64,000 bases of DNA from an uncultured delta proteobacterium (GTDB lineage Bacteria > Desulfobacterota > Binatia > UBA9968): the NCBI GenBank assembly GCA_963745035.1, contig CAVUVW010000014.1, forward strand, positions 608,001 to 672,000, written 5' to 3'. A model generated the notes under the pieces. It saw nothing but the letters and a program-made list of their open reading frames with translations. It was not told the DNA's origin and searched no databases. Positions 7,800 to 18,480 of this stretch are shown one piece after another. A program made the position numbers and the translations under genes. Numbering within the stretch: position 1 is the stretch's first letter; each line of letters opens with the position of its first letter.

Positions 7800-9812
7800 A
7801 TGAAAATCATTTACACCGACGTTCTGGTTGTCGGCGGAGGTCTTGCCGGCCTGCGCATCGGCATCGGCGCCAAACGGCGCGGTCATGACGTGATCATTCT
7901 GTCTCTCGTGCCGCCGAAGCGCTCGCATTCCGCCGCGGCACAAGGCGGTATGCAGGCGAGCCTCGGCAACGTCATCAAGGGCGAGGGCGACAACGAAGAC
8001 GTGCACTTCGAAGACACGGTGCGCGGCAGCGACTGGGGCGCCGACCAGGAAGTCGTGCGCATGTTCGTCGACACCGCGCCCAAAGCGGTGCGCGAGCTGG
8101 CGGCTTGGGGTTTACCATGGAGCCGCGTCACCAGAGGCGACCGCGACGTGATCATCAACGGTCAGAAAGTCACGATCACCGAGCGCGATGAAGCCCATGG
8201 ATTGATCGCCCAGCGCGCCTTCGGCGGCACCAACAAGTGGCGCACTTGTTATGTCTCGGACGGCACGGGGCACGCGATGCTGTTTACGATGAGCGACCAA
8301 GCGATCGCTCATCAGATCCCGGTGCACGAGCGCGCCGAAGCGATCGCCTTGATCCATGACGGTGCTCGTTGTTATGGCACCATAGTTCGCAACTTGGTCA
8401 CCGGCGAGTTGGTAGCCTACGTCTCGAAAGCCACCGCGATTACCGGGGGCGGTGCAGGGCGGCTCTATCGCGTGACGACGAATGCGGTGATCTCCGAAGG
8501 TATTCCGACCGCCATCGCGCTGGAGACCGGCGTTGCCACCCTGGGGAACATGGAGGCGGTACAGTTCCATCCGACGCCTGCCTTTCCGGCAGGCATTCTT
8601 CTGACCGAGGGCGCGCGCGGTGACGGCGGCTTGCTGAAAGACGTCGACGGCCACCGTTTCATGCCCGACTATGAGCCGGAGAAAAAGGAGCTCGCCTCCC
8701 GCGACGTGGTTTCACGGCGCATGGAAGAGCACATCGCCAAGGGCAAAGGCGTCAAGTCGCGATTCGGCGACCATCTGTGGCTGGATATCACGCTATTGGG
8801 CGAGCACCACATCAAGCACAACCTGCGTGAGGTTTACGAGATCTGTCATTACTTTCTTGGCGTCGATCCGGTGAAAGACTGGGTGCCGGTGCGGCCGGCA
8901 CAGCACTACACCATGGGCGGCGTGCGCACGAATTATACCGGCGAAAGTCCGACCTTGAAGGGATTATTCTCGGCCGGCGAAGCGGCGTGCTGGGACATGC
9001 ATGGCTTCAACCGGTTGGGCGGTAACTCGGTGGCCGAGACAGTGGCAGCCGGCATGATCGTCGGCGAGTTTATCGCCGACTTCTGCGAGAGGGACAAGGC
9101 CGGGAATATTCCTACCGGCGTGATCGAGGAAGCGCTGCGCCGGGAGCAAGCCAAGATCGACGTATTGATCGACGGCCGCGGCACGGAAAACGCCGCGACG
9201 ATCATGGGCGAGATGCAGACGCTCATGACGAATAAAGTCGGCATTTTTCGTCGCGGCCCAGTGTTGGAGGAGGCGGTGCACGAGTTACAGCAACTCTTAT
9301 TGCGCAGCCGCAACATTGGCCTGCGCTATAAGGCGCGGGGCGCCAATCCTGAGCTGGTGACGGCCTATCGGGTGCAGAAAATGCTCAAGATGGCGCTGTG
9401 CGTCGCCTATGGCGCGCTCCAGCGAACCGAAAGCCGCGGCGCTCACTTCCGCGAGGACTTCCCGCGCCGCAACGACGCCGAGTGGCTGAACCGCACCTTG
9501 GCGACTTGGAAGTCGGAAAGCGACACCCTGCCGTCGCTCGCCTACGAAAAAATCGATGTCATGAAAATGGAATTGCCGCCGGGCTGGCGCGGCTACGGCG
9601 CCAAGGACCACATCGATCATGCCGACACGGCCAGACGCATGGCGGAGGTCGATGCGCTCAAGCAATCGCGAGATGGCGCGGATCGCTTTACGGTACAGGC
9701 GAAGCTGATGCCCTACGAGCATCTGTTGCCGAAGACCCTGCGCGGCAAGAATGAACGGCTTGGCGAAACGATTGCGGACCGTGGAGAGCCTCGCGACCTG
9801 CGAGCAGGATAA
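7800..9812 (+). CDS. frdA: Fumarate reductase flavoprotein subunit
   Basis: GGGLAG FAD-binding loop, [10 protein letters not shown] (covalent FAD His), [37 protein letters not shown]. Confidence 0.96.
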   Translation: MKIIYTDVLVVGGGLAGLRIGIGAKRRGHDVIILSLVPPKRSHSAAAQGGMQASLGNVIKGEGDNEDVHFEDTVRGSDWGADQEVVRMFVDTAPKAVRELAAWGLPWSRVTRGDRDVIINGQKVTITERDEAHGLIAQRAFGGTNKWRTCYVSDGTGHAMLFTMSDQAIAHQIPVHERAEAIALIHDGARCYGTIVRNLVTGELVAYVSKATAITGGGAGRLYRVTTNAVISEGIPTAIALETGVATLGNMEAVQFHPTPAFPAGILLTEGARGDGGLLKDVDGHRFMPDYEPEKKELASRDVVSRRMEEHIAKGKGVKSRFGDHLWLDITLLGEHHIKHNLREVYEICHYFLGVDPVKDWVPVRPAQHYTMGGVRTNYTGESPTLKGLFSAGEAACWDMHGFNRLGGNSVAETVAAGMIVGEFIADFCERDKAGNIPTGVIEEALRREQAKIDVLIDGRGTENAATIMGEMQTLMTNKVGIFRRGPVLEEAVHELQQLLLRSRNIGLRYKARGANPELVTAYRVQKMLKMALCVAYGALQRTESRGAHFREDFPRRNDAEWLNRTLATWKSESDTLPSLAYEKIDVMKMELPPGWRGYGAKDHIDHADTARRMAEVDALKQSRDGADRFTVQAKLMPYEHLLPKTLRGKNERLGETIADRGEPRDLRAG

Positions 9813-9951
9813 AATTTCGGACCCGAGTGAATGCGAGAGCGTTCAGCGTTGAACTAACGTTTCGCAATGCGCAATCGAGACGGATCACCTTGAAGCGGCT
9901 CGAGTCCCCCTTTTTGCGGTATTGTAGCGGGACACGAAAGGAGTATCCGCC

Positions 9952-11350
9952 ATGGCTGAGACTCGGATCGAGAAAGATACTATGGGCGATATTGCGGTCC
10001 CATCGGACCGTTACTGGGGCGCGCAGACACAGCGGTCTCTCAAATATTTTCAGGCGGGGGCGGGACGCGACACGATGCCGAGAGAGCTCATCAAGGCTTT
10101 CGGCATCCTCAAAAAGGCCGCCGCGATGGCCAATGTCGAGCTGGAACTTTTGCCTAAGGAAAAAGGCGATCTGATCATTCAGGTCGCCGACGAGGTCATC
10201 GCGGGCAAGCTCGACGAACATTTTCCGCTGGTCATTTGGCAGACCGGTTCGGGTACCCAGACCAACATGAACGTCAACGAGGTGATCAGCAACCGGGCCA
10301 TCGAAATTTCCGGCGGCGTAATGGGGAGCAAAAAACCCATCCATCCGAACGACGACGTCAACAAAGCGCAAAGCTCCAACGACACCTTTCCCACCGCCAT
10401 GCATATCGCTGCAGTGGAGGTGTTGGGCCGGCTGGTCGAAGCATTGAAGGATTTGAAGAAAACTCTTGAAAACAAGGCGAGCGCTCACGCCAACGTAATC
10501 AAGATCGGCCGCACTCACCTCATGGACGCCACGCCGCTCAGCCTGGGTCAAGAGATTTCGGGTTGGGCGCAGATGGTGGACCACGGATTACAGCGCATCG
10601 CCGCGACTCTGCCTCAACTGTACGAGCTGGCTCTCGGCGGCACGGCGGTTGGAACCGGCCTCAACACACATCCCGAGTTCGCCACCAAAGGGGCGGCAAA
10701 GATCGCATCGCTGACCAACCAACCCTTTGTCAGCGCTCCGAACAAATTCGAAGCTCTGGCCGGCCACGACGCGCTGGTTTTCGCCCATGGGGCGCTCAAA
10801 ACGTTGGCGTGCTCCCTGATGAAGATTGCCAACGACGTGCGCTGGCTCGCCTCGGGTCCGCGGGCGGGCCTGGGGGAAATCAGCATTCCGGAGAACGAGC
10901 CCGGCAGCTCGATCATGCCGGGCAAGGTCAACCCCACGCAGAGCGAGGCACTCACCATGATCTGCGCCCAGGTCTTGGGCAACGACGTGGCTGTCAACAT
11001 CGGCGGAGCCAGCGGCAACTTCGAGCTTAATGTCTTCAAGCCGCTGATGATCCACAACTTCATTCACTCGGCGAAGCTTTTGGCCAAGGGGGTCGAGGGT
11101 TTCACTCGATCATTGTGTCGCCGGCCTCCAGCCCAACGCCGCCCGCATCGACGAGCTGATGAAGAAAAGCTTGATGCTGGTGACCGCGCTCAACCCGCAC
11201 ATCGGTTACGACAACGCGGCCAAGATCGCCAAAAAGGCTCACGCCGACGGCACGACCCTCAAAGAAGCCGCGCTGGCGCTTGGGTTGGTGAAAGCGGAGG
11301 ACTTCGACAAGTGGATCAAGCCCGAAGAAATGATCACTCCGGGAATGTGA
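9952..11350 (+). CDS. fumC: Class II fumarate hydratase (1-bp frameshift near 11105)
   Basis: [20 protein letters not shown] and [13 protein letters not shown]; C-terminus [25 protein letters not shown] lies in the next frame and ends at 11350. Confidence 0.92.
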
Positions 11351-11386
11351 GCCTGGTCTCGCAGTGGTGTGCGTAGGGTGACCGGC

Positions 11387-11457
11387 TTGAACGGAGCGAA
11401 GCGATTGAACGGAGGCGCTGCAGCGCCGGTTGAACGAAGCGCGAAGCGCGATTGAAC
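11387..11457 (+). repeat. Short array of TTGAAC units separated by mini-hairpins
   Basis: TTGAAC at 11387, 11405, 11430 and 11452; spacers contain GC-GAA-GC, GGCGCT-GC-AGCGCC and GCGC-GAA-GCGC. Confidence 0.65.
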
Positions 11458-11484
11458 CTAGGTTTAATTGAAGGAGAGTTGAAA

Positions 11485-12225
11485 ATGGAAAATAAAGCCG
11501 TGCCCCGCAAGCTGAAGATCAGCGTTCTGCGCTTCAATCCGCAGGAGCCGGGAAGCGTGCCGCGCATGCAGACGTACGAGATCGAAGAAGCCGAAGGCAT
11601 GACGCTGTTCATCGCGCTCATGGAGATTCGCGAGAAACAAGATCCATCACTGGAGTTCGACTTCGTCTGCCGCGCCGGCATCTGCGGCAGCTGCGGCATG
11701 TTGATTAACGGCAGTCCGACCCTCGCCTGCCGCATGTTGACGAAAGACTTGGGTACTGAGATCTCGTTGGCGCCGCTGCCGGTTTTCGAGCTGATCGCCG
11801 ATCTCTCGGTCAACACCGGCAAGTGGATGCGCGGCATGAGCGAGCATCTAGAGACCTGGTTGCATATGAAGCAGCCGGAGGTCGATCTGCGCAGGTTCGA
11901 AGAGAAGATGGAGCCGGAGCTTGCCGAAAAAATCTACGAGCTCGATCGCTGCATCGAGTGCGGCTGTTGCGTCGCCGCCTGCGGCACGGCGCGCATGCGC
12001 GAGGATTTCGTCGGCGCAGTGGGACTCAACAAAATCGCGCGCTTCCGTCTCGATCCGCGCGACCGGCGCAACGATGACGATTATTTCGAGTTGATCGGCG
12101 ATGACGACGGCGTTTTCGGCTGCATGTCGCTTATTGCTTGTCACGACGTCTGTCCGAAGGAGCTGCCACTGGCGACTCAAATCGCGTTTCTCAGACGTAA
12201 AATGGTTTCGGTTGGATTGAAATAG
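11485..12225 (+). CDS. frdB: Fumarate reductase iron-sulfur subunit
   Basis: CRAGICGSC...LAC, CIECGCCVAAC and CMSLIACHDVCP cluster motifs; AAGGAG before ATG at 11485. Confidence 0.95.
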   Translation: MENKAVPRKLKISVLRFNPQEPGSVPRMQTYEIEEAEGMTLFIALMEIREKQDPSLEFDFVCRAGICGSCGMLINGSPTLACRMLTKDLGTEISLAPLPVFELIADLSVNTGKWMRGMSEHLETWLHMKQPEVDLRRFEEKMEPELAEKIYELDRCIECGCCVAACGTARMREDFVGAVGLNKIARFRLDPRDRRNDDDYFELIGDDDGVFGCMSLIACHDVCPKELPLATQIAFLRRKMVSVGLK

Positions 12226-12234
12226 CGTGGGAAA

Positions 12235-12253
12235 GCGGGTTGTAACAACCCGC
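12235..12253. other. Perfect short inverted repeat between frdB and the DASS gene (RNA hairpin or binding site)
   Basis: GCGGGTTGT-A-ACAACCCGC; no U-tract. Confidence 0.45.
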
Positions 12254-12275
12254 AGCGGCGGAAAAGGAGGCTCAT

Positions 12276-13787
12276 ATGAGTAAGGTAGAAACCGGGACGG
12301 TAACGCCCGCCGTAAGTGCCAAGAAAGAGAGCTCTAAAAAAATCGGCTGGAAACATTTCGCCCCGATTGTTGTGGCGCTCATTGTTGCGCTCATCCCTGC
12401 GCCGGCGGGGCTGCCACAGTATGCGTGGTACTACTTCGCCATTTTTGCCGGCGTCATCGTCGGTCTGATGTTCGAACCTTTGCCCGGTGGCGCAATCGGC
12501 TTGATCGCCGTGACTTTGGTCGCGCGACTATCCGAGTACGTCCTCTACTCGCCGGAGCAACTCGCCAAGCCCGGTTTTAACGCGCTTAACGCCTCCTTGA
12601 GCTGGGCGCTTTCGGGCTTCTCGAATAGCACGGTTTGGCTGATCTTCGGCGCGTTCATGTTTGCTCTCGGTTATGAAAAGACCGGCCTCGGCCGGCGCAT
12701 CGCGCTGATGCTGGTAAAGGCGATGGGGCGAAAGACACTGACTCTCGGCTACGCGGTAGTGATTGCCGATACGATTCTGGCGCCGTTCACTCCTTCCAGC
12801 ACCGCGCGCAGCGGCGGGACGATCTATCCGGTAATCAAAAATTTGCCGCCCCTCTATGATTCGAACCCCAACGACCCATCCATGCGGCGCATGGGCTCCT
12901 ATCTTATGTGGGTGGCGATCGCGGCGACTTGCATAACCAGCTCAATGTTTCTCACCGCTCTGGCCCCCAACCTGCTCGCCGTCGAGCTGGTGCGAAAGAC
13001 CGCGCAGATCGAGATCGCGTGGATCGACTGGTTTAAATACTTCGCTCCCGTCGGCATCCTTCTGCTCGCGGTGTTGCCGCTGCTGGTCTACTGGATCTAT
13101 CCGCCCCAGGTGAAGGAGGGAGCGGAGGTCCAGAGCTGGGCGGCCAAGGAGCTGGAGAAAATGGGCTCGTTCACGAAGCGAGAGATTATCCTGGCAGTTC
13201 TAGTCCTGATCGCTCTGGTGATGTGGATTTTTCGAGGGGATGAAGTGAACGCCACCACCGCTGCGCTCATCGTCATCTCATTGATGCTGCTGACCAGCGT
13301 GGTAACCTGGGATGACATCGTCAAAAATTCCGCGGCTTGGAACACGTTGGCGTGGTTCGCGACCTTGGTCGCGCTCGCCGACGGCCTGACTCGCGTGGGG
13401 TTCGTGAAGTGGTTTGCGGAGACCGTCGCGAGTCAACTGACCGGCACTCCGCCGGCAATAGCGGTTGCGATGCTGCTGCTGATCAATTTTTTCGGCCACT
13501 ATTTGTTTGCCAGCGTCACGGCCCACGTTACCGCAATGATTCCGGTGCTGCTCGCGGTCGCGTCGACGATTCCCGGAGTCAACATGCATACGCTCGCTCT
13601 CGGTCTCTGCTTGCAGCTCGGCATCATGGGCATCATCACGCCATACGCGAGCGGGCCAAGCCCGGTGTACTACGGCAGCGGGTATCTGCCGGCCGCCGAC
13701 TACTGGCGCCTCGGCGCGATTTTCGGCGTGATCTTCTTCGCCGTATTTCTGGCCATCGGCGTGCCTTGGATGCTGGTCATACGGTAA
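12276..13787 (+). CDS. DASS-family anion permease (TtdT/CitT-like, probable dicarboxylate:succinate antiporter)
   Basis: YEKTGLGRRIAL, PSSTARSGG, FLTALAPN and TPYASGPSPVYYGSGY motifs. Confidence 0.92.
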   Translation: MSKVETGTVTPAVSAKKESSKKIGWKHFAPIVVALIVALIPAPAGLPQYAWYYFAIFAGVIVGLMFEPLPGGAIGLIAVTLVARLSEYVLYSPEQLAKPGFNALNASLSWALSGFSNSTVWLIFGAFMFALGYEKTGLGRRIALMLVKAMGRKTLTLGYAVVIADTILAPFTPSSTARSGGTIYPVIKNLPPLYDSNPNDPSMRRMGSYLMWVAIAATCITSSMFLTALAPNLLAVELVRKTAQIEIAWIDWFKYFAPVGILLLAVLPLLVYWIYPPQVKEGAEVQSWAAKELEKMGSFTKREIILAVLVLIALVMWIFRGDEVNATTAALIVISLMLLTSVVTWDDIVKNSAAWNTLAWFATLVALADGLTRVGFVKWFAETVASQLTGTPPAIAVAMLLLINFFGHYLFASVTAHVTAMIPVLLAVASTIPGVNMHTLALGLCLQLGIMGIITPYASGPSPVYYGSGYLPAADYWRLGAIFGVIFFAVFLAIGVPWMLVIR

Positions 13788-13788
13788 A
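13725..13788 (+). repeat. 64-bp direct repeat, copy 1 (3' end of the DASS gene)
   Basis: 61 of 64 bases identical to 15228-15291. Confidence 0.9.
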
Positions 13789-13810
13789 CCGCGAATTTTG
13801 AGATACCAGG

Positions 13811-14518
13811 ATGATTCAAATTCAGCTCACGAGGAGATTTCGCGGAATAATCCCGCCATTGGCGGCAGCGCTCATTGTTGGTTGCACACCTTTATATTTG
13901 GCGGATACACACACCACGTCTACTCCGAGGCCACCGTCTTTCAATGTCACCGAACTGGCGCACGAGCAGGTGGCAACACTTGGCCTTCTCACGCCGGCCG
14001 GTCTCCAGGGCTTCAACCCGCCTCTGTCTCACGCCCTCAACGCGGCGCTCTCGGAAACGTCCCCTCCCATCCGCGGAATTGCGGCTCATGAGGCAGTGAA
14101 TGTGCTCAATCAACAGGGCCTGGCCGCGGAGTACGGCACCTTGATCGCGGGCTTTGGTCGCGGGGGCATTCTGGAGAGCAAGCCGCTACGGCAGATCGGA
14201 TCGGCCCTTTCCTCCCGTTACGTGCTGCTACCAGGGCTCGCGGAGTTCAATCAAGTCATCATCGACCGGCTTTCGATTTACGGCTGGAACTTTATTCAGA
14301 GTCGGGTCACGACGCTGAGACTGTGGCTGCAGCTATGGGACACGCAGACGGGAAAGATTGTTTGGGAGTCAGCTGGGGAAGTCACCGTGGCGACCAAGCT
14401 CCTAAGTTCGGAGCAGACCGTCGCTCTTGACGAGATCGCGCGGAAGCTGTGGCTGCGCATGATCCAGGATAACTTGCTCGAAGGGAAAACTGGATCGCAT
14501 TTTTTCTTCACCAGTTGA
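13811..14518 (+). CDS. Hypothetical lipoprotein (possibly LpoB/CsgG-like fold)
   Basis: LIVGC lipobox; LQLWDTQTGKIVWE motif. Confidence 0.65.
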   Translation: MIQIQLTRRFRGIIPPLAAALIVGCTPLYLADTHTTSTPRPPSFNVTELAHEQVATLGLLTPAGLQGFNPPLSHALNAALSETSPPIRGIAAHEAVNVLNQQGLAAEYGTLIAGFGRGGILESKPLRQIGSALSSRYVLLPGLAEFNQVIIDRLSIYGWNFIQSRVTTLRLWLQLWDTQTGKIVWESAGEVTVATKLLSSEQTVALDEIARKLWLRMIQDNLLEGKTGSHFFFTS

Positions 14519-14533
14519 GAGAGAGAAGTCTAG

Positions 14534-15187
14534 ATGGATATCCACGCTTTAAACTACTTGGTGCATTTCTCGAACATCCTGCTGGTTGTATCGTACTCGG
14601 TGCGGGAGATTTTGTGGCTGCGCTGGTTTGCGGTTGCCGCCGCCCTCACCAACATCCCCTACTTCCTCCTTCAGGATACTGTGCTCTGGCCACCGGTTCT
14701 CTGGGCGCTCGTATTCACCGCGATCAATCTCTATCAGATTGTGCGCATCTATCTCGAGCGACGTCCGATCGTGCTATCCCAGGACGAACAGAAGCTTTAC
14801 GATCTAGGGTTCCGTTCGCTTCGTCCGCGCGAGTTCGTTTCACTGTCGCTCGTGGGCGAGTGGAAGAGCGCCGAGGCCGGCGAGAGGATCGTAACCGAAG
14901 GGGAGCCGGTTTCGTGCGTCTGCATCCCGATCACCGGGAGCGCAGACGTACGCAAGCAGGGTGCGAGTATCGGGGCGCTGAGACCGGGGCACATCATCGG
15001 CACCGCGCTGGCCCTCACGGGCGATCCATCACCGGTGGAAGTGACCTTCACCGAACCCGCACGTTACATGCGCTGGTCGCTTCCGAGCCTGCGAAGTTTC
15101 ATGGACAAGCGGCCGGACCTGCGCGCCACGCTGCAAGGTCTCGTGAACCGCGACTTGGCCGGAAAACTGGAACGACTGTTCACGTGA
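14534..15187 (+). CDS. Popeye-domain-like membrane protein (3 TM plus cyclic-nucleotide-binding domain)
   Basis: SYSVREILWLR, INLYQIVRIYLERRPIVL and LYDLGFRSLRPREF followed by a CRP-type beta-barrel (GERIVTEGE...LRPGHIIG). Confidence 0.75.
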   Translation: MDIHALNYLVHFSNILLVVSYSVREILWLRWFAVAAALTNIPYFLLQDTVLWPPVLWALVFTAINLYQIVRIYLERRPIVLSQDEQKLYDLGFRSLRPREFVSLSLVGEWKSAEAGERIVTEGEPVSCVCIPITGSADVRKQGASIGALRPGHIIGTALALTGDPSPVEVTFTEPARYMRWSLPSLRSFMDKRPDLRATLQGLVNRDLAGKLERLFT

Positions 15188-15227
15188 AAGAACATAGCGG
15201 TGGTCGAGAAAGCGGCCCGCGGTTGTT

Positions 15228-15291
15228 GGCGTGATCTTCTGCGCCGTATTTCTGGCCATCGGCGTTCCTTGGATGCTGGCCATACGGTAAA
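15228..15291 (+). repeat. 64-bp direct repeat, copy 2 (orphan copy of the DASS 3' end, just before the aspA RBS)
   Basis: 61 of 64 bases identical to 13725-13788. Confidence 0.9.
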
Positions 15292-15318
15292 ACCCACGAA
15301 CCACAGAAGGAGAAGGCT

Positions 15319-16767
<1,449 letters not shown>

Positions 16768-16897
16768 CGGTTGCCATTTTGCTGCAATCCATGGTCGTAC
16801 TTGCGGGAATTTGGGTCCGCGCCCGCTTGAGCGGCATCGGCTTGGGACTATCGGACGCTGTGGGACTGGTGATTGTTCTAGCCATGAGCCTCTCCGC

Positions 16898-18403
16898 ATG
16901 ACGGCCGCGAATTTCACACGCATCGGTTTACTCGGCGGGCCAGTGCTGGGGCTGTTTTGCTATCATCTGCTGCCGCTTCAGTACTCGACCGGGTCCGGGC
17001 AGTGGGTCGAGTTCACGGCCGCGGGCCGCGCTACCCTCGGCATGATGGTCTGGATGGCGACATGGTGGATCACCGAGGCGGTGGATATCGAGGTTACGGC
17101 GTTGCTGCCGATCGCGACATTCCCGCTGTTCGGCATTGCGCCTTTGAGTAAAGTTCTCCCGCCTTATGCCGCAGACGTGATCTTCCTCTTCATGGGTGGT
17201 TTTATCATCGGCCTCGCCATCGAGCGCTGGGGCCTCGACCGGCGCATCGCCTTCTTCACTCTTCGGTTGGTCGGCGCGCGCCCGAGCGCGATCGTCGGCG
17301 GCTTCATGGCCGTCACCGCGTTCCTGAGCATGTGGGTTTCGAATACCGCGTGTGCAGCCATGATGGTGCCGATCGCGTTGAGCATCATCGACCTCGTGTT
17401 GCGCAGCCGTGGCGGGGCCGGTCTGAAGGAATCCGGGGGCATACCGCAGGACCGCATTCCCGAGCGCAATTTTGCCACGGGTCTGCTACTTTGCGTCGCC
17501 TACGCGGCATCGATCGGCGGGGTCGCGACCATCATCGGCTCTCCGCCCAACGGCATCGCGGTACGCTACCTGCAGCAGACGTTTCAGCAGGAAGTGAGTT
17601 TTTTCGACTGGCTGCTGGTGGGCGGGCCGTTCACGCTGATCTTCCTCCCGATCGCCTGGTTGCTGATTACCCGCGTGTTATTTCGCGCTGACATCGGCGA
17701 AATTGCGGGCGGCCGGAAGCATTTCGACGAAGAGTACCGCAAGCTGGGCCCGCTCACCCGAGGCGAGAAGGTGGTCTTGGCCGTATTTTCCCTGAGCGCG
17801 CTTCTCTGGACCTGCAGCCCGTTGCTCAAACCGATCGCGATCGCGGGCATGAAGCCGCTGGCTGGGCTCTCCGACACCGGCATTGCCATGCTGGCAGCGA
17901 TGGCGCTGTTTTTGATTCCGGTGGACCGCGCCAACTGCGTCCGCGCAATGGACTGGGGCACGGCTGTGAAACTGCCCTGGGGTGTGCTGATGTTGTTCGG
18001 CGGCGGCCTCACGCTCGCAGCTTCGATCGAAGCGAACGGCGTCTCAGATTTCATCGGCAACGCGAGTCGCGGCTTTGCCGGCTTGCACCCCGTTCTACTC
18101 CTGCTTGCGATTACGACCATGACCGTATTCCTTTCCGAGCTCACCTCCAACACAGCGCAGGTGGCGACCATGCTTCCGGTGCTTGCTGCTATGGCGCCAA
18201 AACTCGGAATCGATCCTTATGCCCTGGTCATCGCGTGCACCTTGGGTGCGAGCAGCGCCTACATGATGCCGGTGGGCACGCCGCCGAATGCAATCGTGTT
18301 CGGAACCGGGCTGGTGCGCATGCCGCAGATGATGAAGGCGGGAATCTGGCTGAACCTATCCGGCATCCTGGTCATAACGGCGCTGTGCGCGCTGTTACTC
18401 TAA
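16898..18403 (+). CDS. SLC13/DASS Na+:dicarboxylate symporter (SdcS-like)
   Basis: LSMWVSNTA, IGSPPN, ELTSNTA and PVGTPPNAIVFG motifs; start reassigned to ATG at 16898. Confidence 0.9.
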   Translation: MTAANFTRIGLLGGPVLGLFCYHLLPLQYSTGSGQWVEFTAAGRATLGMMVWMATWWITEAVDIEVTALLPIATFPLFGIAPLSKVLPPYAADVIFLFMGGFIIGLAIERWGLDRRIAFFTLRLVGARPSAIVGGFMAVTAFLSMWVSNTACAAMMVPIALSIIDLVLRSRGGAGLKESGGIPQDRIPERNFATGLLLCVAYAASIGGVATIIGSPPNGIAVRYLQQTFQQEVSFFDWLLVGGPFTLIFLPIAWLLITRVLFRADIGEIAGGRKHFDEEYRKLGPLTRGEKVVLAVFSLSALLWTCSPLLKPIAIAGMKPLAGLSDTGIAMLAAMALFLIPVDRANCVRAMDWGTAVKLPWGVLMLFGGGLTLAASIEANGVSDFIGNASRGFAGLHPVLLLLAITTMTVFLSELTSNTAQVATMLPVLAAMAPKLGIDPYALVIACTLGASSAYMMPVGTPPNAIVFGTGLVRMPQMMKAGIWLNLSGILVITALCALLL

Positions 18404-18480
18404 AGATAAAAGCTATGCCGGTTACTAACTCTCCTGCAACGAACAAGGCCCGCGCACCGCTACAAGAAAGGAAACTAGCC

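Noticed and set aside
11387-11457. TTGAAC array as a CRISPR array
   Set aside because: The repeat is only 6-7 bp, spacers are 12-19 bp and self-complementary, and no cas genes are present.
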